A stretch of 64,000 nucleotides of DNA, taken from positions 56,057 to 120,056 of the forward strand of contig VGKY01000001.1 of NCBI GenBank assembly GCA_016866875.1. Reading direction: 5' to 3'. Source of the DNA: Candidatus Peribacteria bacterium (GTDB lineage: Bacteria; Patescibacteriota; Gracilibacteria; Peribacterales; Peribacteraceae). The notes beneath the pieces were generated by a model. That model was not told the DNA's origin, searched no databases, and saw only the letters and a list, made by a program, of their open reading frames with translations. The position numbers were made by a program, and so were the translations under genes. Of this stretch, positions 57,118 through 64,000 are shown piece after piece (position 1 is the first letter of the stretch; each line of letters opens with the position of its first letter).

Positions 57118-57189
57118 ACCTCGGCCTTATGGCACTTTACGCCTACCCGCAAGATTCGTAGACCCGCGCAAGCGGGAGATCCGAGTTCT

Positions 57190-57219
57190 GCGGGTGTGCG
57201 TAAGCCACCCGCTTTTTTT
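57190..57219 (+). terminator. Terminator-like hairpin in the rRNA leader
   Basis: GCGGGTG-tgcgtaagc-CACCCGC followed by TTTTTTT. Confidence 0.6.
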
Positions 57220-57727
57220 ATCCGCACTACTGTGTGCGGTTGCCCGCCGGCGTGATACCCCGGGGGGGAGCGAGGTTCCTTCGCATCATCGGCTCGATGA
57301 AAAAGATTAAACCGCATTTGCACCATCTTCTGTGCTGGTGAGTAGTCACCAGTGCGAAGATATTTCCTGTCTCAGAAGTTGTGCCCTGAGACAGTAGAGT
57401 TCACACCATTACCGTGGGCATGTTCTGCCTGCGCAGTGGCATGTGGACAGTACGCACTATCAAAAAATGTTACTCATGCGCATCACATGGATGCCTCGAC
57501 TCTGCATTCCGATGAAGGACGTGGCCAGCTGCGATAAGCTTCGGTCAGCCGCTAGGCAGGCGCTACCAGCCGAAGATTTCCGAATGGGGAAACCCCGTGG
57601 GAGTTATGTCTCACGACCCGCGTAAGCGGGAGGTCACTCGGTGAACTGAAACATCTCAGTAACCGGGGAAAAGAAATCAACATAGAGATTCCCCGAGTAG
57701 TGGCGAGCGAAAGGGGAACAGCCCAAA

Positions 57728-57811
57728 CCCAGCACCTTTTTTCCTGCTTCTTGGTAACCATGCATTACTCTTCGGCGTCGGTTACCACAGGCATGAAAAA
57801 TAGGTGCTGGG
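57728..57811 (+). other. IVS-like hairpin insertion 1 (23S domain I)
   Basis: Closing stem CCCAGCACC(T)6.../...(A)5TAGGTGCTGGG. Paralogous to insertion 3. Confidence 0.75.
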
Positions 57812-58093
57812 GGTTGTAGGACTCCATACGCCGATCTTCTTTCTCTAGGCGAACGACCCTGGAACGGGCGGCCATAGAGGGTGAGAGCCCCGTAGACGAA
57901 AGGGAAAGAAGCGGTAGGAGTATCCTGAGTAGGGTCGGACACGTGTAATCCGGCCTGAACCTGGGAGGACCACCTTCCAAGGCTAAACAGATGCAGAGAT
58001 CTATAGCGGATAGTACCGTGAGGGAAAGGTGAAAAGCACCCCGGAAGGGGGATGAAATAGTTTCTGAAATGTGATGCGTACAAAAAGTCGGAG

Positions 58094-58176
58094 CCCAGCA
58101 CCTTTTTGATGTTTACCGGCATACTGCTGTTCATGCTGAATAGTGTTGTGTCGCTAGAGGTCAAAAAGGTGCTGGG
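58094..58176 (+). other. IVS-like hairpin insertion 2 (helix 25 position)
   Basis: Perfect 16-bp closing stem CCCAGCACCTTTTTGA/TCAAAAAGGTGCTGGG. Flanks match GTACAA..GTCGGAG / TGACGGCGTGCCTTTTG. Confidence 0.75.
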
Positions 58177-58681
58177 TGACGGCGTGCCTTTTGCATAATG
58201 AGCCAACGACTGTGTTCTCAGTGGCGAGGCTAAGGCAGTCATTAGCCGGAGCCGGAGCGAAAGCGAGTCCGAATAGGGCGACTTAGTCGCTGGGACACGA
58301 CCCGAAACCGGGTGAGCTACCCATGAGCAGGATGAAGTCCGCCGGAAGGCGGATGGAGGTCCGAACCATAGCGTATCGCAAGACGTTGGGATGACTTGTG
58401 GGTGGGAGTGAAAAGCTTACCGAACCCGGAGATAGCTGGTTTTCCTCGATATGTTTTTAGGAACAGCGTCGTCAGGTACAGCGGGGGGTAGAGATACTGT
58501 TTGGATGCGGGGGTCCTTTGTGACCTACCAAATCCTGACAAACTCCGAATACCCGCCTTATTACTGACGGCAGTGAGACGGTGACAGCAAATTGCCATCG
58601 TCGTGAGGGGAAGAGCCCCGACCATTGGCTAAGGTCCCTAATGAATACTGAGTGGAAAAGGTAGTGCAGGTGCTTCAACAA

Positions 58682-58712
<31 letters not shown>

Positions 58713-58796
58713 TAAAGAAAGCGTAACAGCTCACTGGTCGATGCATCTGTGCGCCGAAAATTTACCGGGGCAAAGTATTCAACCGAAGCCGTGGAT

Positions 58797-58879
58797 CCCA
58801 GCACCTTTTTTCCTGCCTCTTCGTAACCATACATGAATAGTGATCATTGGTTACCGCAGGCACGAAAATAGGTGCTGGG
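58797..58879 (+). other. IVS-like hairpin insertion 3 (helix 45 position)
   Basis: Same closing stem. The interior is almost the same as insertion 1 (TTCCTGCYTCTTSGTAACCAT...GGTTACCRCAGGCAYGAAAA). Confidence 0.75.
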
Positions 58880-59148
58880 GTGGTAGAGGAACGTTCTCTG
58901 CGCAGCGAAGCCGAGCCGCGAGGTCAGGTGGAGTGCAGAGAAGTGAGACTGTTGGCATGAGTAACTACTAGCCAGGTGAAAAACCTGGCCGCCGAATTCC
59001 CAAGGTTTCCCACGCAACGGTCATCGGCGTGGGGTTAGTCGGTCCTAAGGCCAGGCCGAAAGGCGTAACCGATGGACAGCAGGTCAATATTCCTGCACTT
59101 CCTGTAGATCGACAACGGGTGTCAGCTGATAGCTTTCCCGGCCTCTGA

Positions 59149-59264
59149 TCCTCACCATTCTGGATTTGATAAGGACGAAAAAGACTAAAAAGATGAAGAA
59201 GAGGAAAAGGAAATCCTCTTCGTCCTTTTTGTCCCCTTCGTCTGCAAGTCTAGGATGGTGAGGA
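59149..59264 (+). other. Purine-rich hairpin insertion in 23S domain III
   Basis: TCCTCACCAT...ATGGTGAGGA closing stem. Inner stems AAGGACGAA/TTCGTCCTT and GAAGAGGA/TCCTCTTC. Confidence 0.65.
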
Positions 59265-59761
59265 CCATGTCTGGAGAGAAGGATGCTGTCACTTGAGTAG
59301 CGGTGTGACGGAGCGGGACGTCTCGAGCGTGCGCATTGACTGCACGCGGAAAGCGTAAGGCGTTGAAGCCGGGAGGCAAATCCCCCGGTTGAGCCGAGCG
59401 CTGATCCCGATTACCCCCCTCACGGGGGCTGAGTCGAACACGTTCTGCTTCCAAGAAAACCATCGCTATGAGAGTTATAGGAAACCGTACCGCAATCCAA
59501 CACCGGTGGGATGGTCGAGTAGACCAAGGCGAACGGATCATCTTGCGTTAAGGAACTCGGCAATGAAGCGTCCGTAACTTCGGGATAAGGACTGACGGTG
59601 ACCGCAAGGTCATCGCCTGCAACAAAAGAGCCCGGGCGACTGTTTACCAAAAACACAGGTCCCTGCGAAGTCGCAAGACTATGTATAGGGGCTGATGCCT
59701 GGCCAGTGTCAGAAGGTCACGTGAGGAGCTTTACGGCTCCGATCTAAGCCCTGACGAACGC

Positions 59762-59808
<47 letters not shown>

Positions 59809-60471
59809 GGTCGATAAAAAAACTTGCCCGAATGGTCCGCAAGGATCAGCACTGAGGAATTTCTGTGTTGAAGCTGTCAGCTGTCAGCTTTCAGAAGTTT
59901 TCTGAAAGCTGAAAGCCAGAAGCTGAAAGCTGTAATCGGTCTCACTCTGAGACAGAGTGATATCAATCCGCCTCGGCGGATGATGGGCTCAACGCCCGAA
60001 TAACAAATTAGACGCCATTGCTAGAGATATCCATTATTAATTGTTTAGACCGTGTTCCGCGCCCGCGGAATAACTTAAATCAGTGTTTAACGTCGCTATA
60101 TGCTGGAACATCCCTGTATCTCCTATGCTGCAAGGTACGGAGTGGGGACAATCAGCAGGAAAGATCCGTCTTCGACGGAAATCCTCAGAGACTACACGCG
60201 ACGCCCCGGCTTCGTCCGAAAGGACTACGCCGCGGTGATGATATAGTCCGATCCCTCTAGCGATAGAGGGCGGGTCGAAGACATGACCCGGTCACGCGAG
60301 AGTGTGATAACAAATGCCTGAAGAGCTTGCAGCTATCAGCTGTCAGCTTTCAGAAGGCGTTAGTGCGCTTCGATTGAATCGAAGATCTTGGTTCGCCTCC
60401 AAGAGGAATTGCAGCTCAAGCTGAAAGCCAAAAGCTGAAAGCTACAAGCTGCGTCGCTTCGCGACGCTATG
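59809..60471 (+). mobile_element. Group I intron (ORF-less, 663 nt) in 23S rRNA at the L1951-equivalent site
   Basis: Splits CCTTGTCGGGT | AAGTTCCGACC. The 5' exon ends in U and pairs with GCCCGA (59826-59831) as P1 with U.G. The intron ends in G. CAGAGACTACACG and GATATAGTCCG resemble the Tetrahymena J6/7-P7 and J8/7-P7 strands. Confidence 0.75.
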
Positions 60472-61036
60472 AAGTTCCGACCCGCACGAATGGTATAACG
60501 GTCTGGGCACTGTCTCGACGCAAGGTCCGGTGAAATTTCAATGCCGGTGCAAATGCCGGATAGGTTATGGAAGGACGAAAAGACCCTATGAAGCTTTACT
60601 ATATGCTGGCATTGTCTTATTGGTTTTCATGCGTAGTATAGGTGGGAGACTTTGAAGCTCTGGCTTTGGCTGGAGTGGAGTCACAATATGAAATACCACC
60701 CTTGGGTTCCGATGAGACTCACCCCGTGTCTGAAACAGACCGGGGGACAGTGTTTGCTGGGTAGTTTAACTGGGGCGGTTGCCTCCTAAAATGTAACGGA
60801 GGCGCACAATGGTCACCTAGCGCCGGATGGAAATCGGCGCGGTCGTGTAATCGCACAAGGTGGCCTGACTGTGAGGCTCACAAGCCGAGCAGGGACGAAA
60901 GTCGGTGATAGTGATCCGGTGCCCTGAGTACGATTCACTTTGTACTCTTCCCACGTGGGTGGGGCATCGCTCAACGGATAAAAGTTACTCTAGGGATAAC
61001 AGGCTGATCGGTCCCAAGCGCCCACAGCGACGGACC

Positions 61037-61077
<41 letters not shown>

Positions 61078-61108
61078 GAGAAGCTCCCAAGGGTTTGGCT
61101 GTTCGCCA

Positions 61109-61153
<45 letters not shown>

Positions 61154-61684
61154 TGGCCTCTATCCTCCATAACCACGTGCAGACGTGAAAGGACCTGTTC
61201 CTAGTACGAGAGGACCGGAATGGACGAACCTCTGGTGCACCTGCTGTCGTGTCAACGGCACCGCAGGATAGCTATGTTCGGACGGGATAACCGCTGAAGG
61301 CATCTAAGCGGGAAGCTCACCTTAAGATTGCGTCTGCCCATAAGTCCGCCGGAAGACTACCGGTAACATCGGCCACAGGTGTACACGCAGCAATGCGTTT
61401 AGCCGAGTGGTGCGAATGGACGATTGAACATTTTTTGGTTCGTACCGTTTAACGACGGTACGCAGAAGCGTGCTGTCTACCTGTCACACCGTCCCCTTAA
61501 AAAGGGCGATGCGCGGGCAGAACATACCCATGCCGCCTGAACGCGGAATTGAAAATTTAGAATTGAAAATTGAAGATTAGTTTTCCATTTTCATTTTCCA
61601 TTTTCCATTCGCGCGCAGCGCGACAAGTGCGGTTTATCTTTTCATCGTGATCATTTCGAAGCACAATCTTTCTGGATTGCATTG

Positions 61685-61800
61685 TCCTGGTGTCTTTAGC
61701 AACGGGGAAACACCCGTTCCCATTCCGAACACGGCAGTTAAGCCTGTTAGCGCCGATGGTAGTGAGACATCAGTCTCGTGAGAGTAGGTCGACGCCAGGA
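61685..61800 (+). rRNA. rrf: 5S rRNA
   Basis: TCCTGGTG...CCCGTTCCCATTCCGAACACGG..AGTTAAGC...GCGCCGATGGTAGT...GAGAGTAGG..GACGCCAGGA. Flanked by the complementary pair GGATTGCATTG/CAATGCAATCC. Confidence 0.95.
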
Positions 61801-61916
61801 CAATGCAATCCCATGAAGGAGTGCTTTTTAGCTATATACATCTCCAGCCAAGGACTTGCGGGGTATTTGACAAATAATTTAAAAGTTATATAATGTAATT
61901 AAATTCCCCACTAGTT

Positions 61917-62153
61917 ATGGTCGATACATTACTACGTAATGAGCTTGTCCAGGCTGCCGCCGCTATCAAAAATGGCAAAGAAGCATCTCGGCGTATAGGT
62001 GAGCTCATGCATAATCGCCGCGGTGATGTAATCGAAGCTACAAAGGAGCTTTCCCATCAGCAGCAAGCGATAATCATGCCTGGTAATCCAGAACCTCCAA
62101 ATCAATCTACACCCGAACTAACAGGGGAGAATGTTCCATTGAATCTATCATAA
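61917..62153 (+). CDS. Hypothetical small protein
   Basis: 78-aa ORF behind TTGACA...TATAAT at 61867-61895. No family recognised. Confidence 0.4.
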   Translation: MVDTLLRNELVQAAAAIKNGKEASRRIGELMHNRRGDVIEATKELSHQQQAIIMPGNPEPPNQSTPELTGENVPLNLS

Positions 62154-62667
62154 TTTGACCGTGAAAATCCCGAAGCCTGATCTACGGGGTCTTTTGCATC
62201 TTCACTGTGCGTTTATTGCGCCAATCGTGAACGGGCCACTTCGTTGACCATCGTCTCCACTTCGAGTCTGTCTACGACGGTGCCTGCAGCGATGACGTAC
62301 GACTGGAGCTGCTCAATGCCTGTGAGGGTTTCTTGCAGTTGGCTGCAGGTACGCGTATCCGCCGTACAGGCATTGCGAATCCCCGCGAAGCGATGTACGA
62401 CCCCAATGACAGCATCTTCGTGCAGAGGTCGCCAAGGTGATCTACGAGAAGATCAAAGACGAAGTGAAGTCGACGACGCGGTATGCGATAAAAGGATGAA
62501 AAGGACGGAAACGTCTTTTTCGTCTTGTTATTCCTCTTCGTCCCCTTGTTCTTCTATCCTTTCTTCATGAGACTATTTTGCGTGGAGCGTATCCAGAAAA
62601 TCCTCTCCGCTCGCCGTACCCACCTTCGCCCTGTGGGGCTACGGTGGGCAGGATTTCTCCATTCATA

Positions 62668-63438
62668 ATGCAAGAACGTTTACAGAAGATATTATCGGCA
62701 CGTGGTATATGCTCTCGCCGCAAAGCGGAGGAGTACATCGAGCGAGGACTCGTTACCGTGAACGGCGAGAAGGCGATCCTCGGTCAGAAGGCCGATCCCG
62801 CTGCCGATCACATTGAGGTCGATGGCAGTGTGGTGCAGGAGCGCAAGGAGATGCTCTATTACGTGATGCACAAGCCGGTGGGAGTGGAGACGACGAATGT
62901 GGAAAGACAGAAAGGGCAGGAAAGACAGAAAGGGCAACAAGGTAAACAAACAACAGCGCAAAATATTTCAGTGCGCAACTTTTTGCCCGGGGAATTACGA
63001 GGAAAAGTTTTTCCGGTTGGTAGATTGGACAAAGATTCCGAGGGGCTTCTGCTGTTTACCAATGACGGAGTTCTCGCCTACCGTCTCACGCACCCGAAGT
63101 TCGATCACGAGAAGGAGTACATGGTGATCGTCGACAAAGACGTGACGGATGGTCAGCTGCGGAAGATGCGTGAGGGGATGACACTCTTTGGCGAGCGGAC
63201 AAAATCGGCGAAGGTGGTGCGCACGGGGGCAAGGCAATTTCGTTTAGCACTCACTGAAGGCAAAAACCGGCAGATCCGCAGGATGTGCCAGAAAGTGGGA
63301 CTCGAAGTCCTGCGGTTGGAGCGCATTCGCATCGGCCCCTTGCAAAATTCTCGGCTCAAAGAAGGGCAGATCCGTGCGTTGACAGCGCAAGAGGTTCAAT
63401 CGATGCTCGCGTATGTTCAGATCCCCAAAGATATTTGA
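62668..63438 (+). CDS. rluB: Pseudouridine synthase, RsuA/RluB family (S4 domain plus catalytic domain)
   Basis: Start at MQERLQKILSARGICSRRKAEEYIERGLVTVNG (S4 domain). Catalytic motif GRLDKDSEGLLLFTNDG. In-frame insert ERQKGQERQKGQQGKQ. Confidence 0.9.
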   Translation: MQERLQKILSARGICSRRKAEEYIERGLVTVNGEKAILGQKADPAADHIEVDGSVVQERKEMLYYVMHKPVGVETTNVERQKGQERQKGQQGKQTTAQNISVRNFLPGELRGKVFPVGRLDKDSEGLLLFTNDGVLAYRLTHPKFDHEKEYMVIVDKDVTDGQLRKMREGMTLFGERTKSAKVVRTGARQFRLALTEGKNRQIRRMCQKVGLEVLRLERIRIGPLQNSRLKEGQIRALTAQEVQSMLAYVQIPKDI

Positions 63439-63548
63439 TAGAGCTTCCCCTTCACCCATGCCTGCCGGCAGGCAGGCCCCGTGCCTGCACGCCGGAGTGC
63501 GTTTCGGCACGCAGGCGTGGCGCGCGGCACCATCCCGATAAAATCGGT

Positions 63549-64000
63549 TTACCGCGGATCGATCTTCAGCGAGCCAAAGTGCTGCACCCAGATGGTGCCC
63601 ACAAGGCCGATGCCGATGTCGGTGAAGTGCGAAGTGAGGATGTTCTTGCGATGATCGGGCGACTCCATCCAGCCACGCATGACATCGGCTGGAGTCTGCT
63701 GACCTTTGGCGAGATTTTCCCCGAAAGAGGCATAGTAGCCTTTGCATTTACACGTTTCTGACGTGAGTGCGGCGAAGCCTGCGCGCTCAATGCGCTTTTG
63801 TGGGCCTTCACCTTCCGGTGATGTGTGGCTGAAGAAGTCGCGTTGCAGCATGTCCTGTGCATACGCCTGGGCGGAGGCGGCAAGCGTGGAATTGGGAGCA
63901 AGTGGAGGAAGATCGGCCTTCTCCCGTTCCCTGTTCACCAAGCGGATCACAGCATCTTTCAGCTCCTGCTGCTCAGAGACGGAGCGAATGGGTGTTGCTT
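63549..64000 (-). CDS. CAP/SCP (YkwD-like) domain protein, N-terminus beyond the window
   Basis: LVNREREKADLPPL...AYAQDMLQRDFFSHTSP...GENLAKG...MRGWMESPDHRKNIL. The frame stays open to position 64000. Confidence 0.8.
   Translation of the reverse strand, partial: ATPIRSVSEQQELKDAVIRLVNREREKADLPPLAPNSTLAASAQAYAQDMLQRDFFSHTSPEGEGPQKRIERAGFAALTSETCKCKGYYASFGENLAKGQQTPADVMRGWMESPDHRKNILTSHFTDIGIGLVGTIWVQHFGSLKIDPR

Noticed and set aside
60018-60260. 80-aa ORF inside the 23S intron as a possible homing endonuclease.
   Set aside because: No LAGLIDADG, GIY-YIG, HNH or His-Cys box motif. It is too short and overlaps the predicted catalytic-core strands of the intron.

Overview
Densely coded bacterial chromosome segment. 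Coding regions are GC-rich and intergenic islands are short and AT-rich (judged by eye, nothing computed). Housekeeping genes recognised from the translations: serS, uvrB, galU, hsp20, uppP, recJ, dnaJ, jag/khpB, hup, topA, dgt-like, pgeF, nnrD, ftsQ-like, a DD-carboxypeptidase, gatC-gatA, rnpA-yidC, class I aldolase fbaB, cysS, sodA, rpoB and an rluB-like gene. There are two tRNAs (Trp-CCA, Asp-GUC) and a 23S-5S rRNA unit with no 16S upstream. Cell-envelope functions dominate: an amidase, two GT4 enzymes, a GT-C/TPR enzyme, two M23 peptidases, FemAB, an SLH S-layer protein, a cysteine-rich repeat protein and TSP3-repeat proteins. No CRISPR array, transposase, integrase, reverse transcriptase or recognisable defence operon was found. 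The unusual content is mostly at the nucleic-acid level. (1) The 23S gene is about 1 kb too long. It carries an ORF-less group I intron at the L1951-equivalent site, three paralogous ~83-nt hairpin insertions (two at the classical helix-25 and helix-45 IVS sites) and a fourth insertion. (2) Heptanucleotide tandem repeats (AGCTGAA/TTCAGCT, GAATGGA and others) are scattered through intergenic DNA, the intron arms and, in frame, inside two enzymes. (3) A TPR gene with near-identical 102-bp repeats is bracketed by a ~140-bp duplication of the topA 3' end. (4) A csrA-like gene is missing from the ORF track. (5) Two secreted proteins share an [LI]AxTG-type C-terminal sorting signal. (6) rpoB has a Lys/Ala/Pro-rich N-terminal extension and no rpoC downstream. 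(7) A recoded ghost copy of the rluB-like N-terminus lies 52 nt upstream of the real start. The rRNA insertions and reduced synteny fit an uncultivated small-genome lineage, but taxonomy cannot be established from this window.
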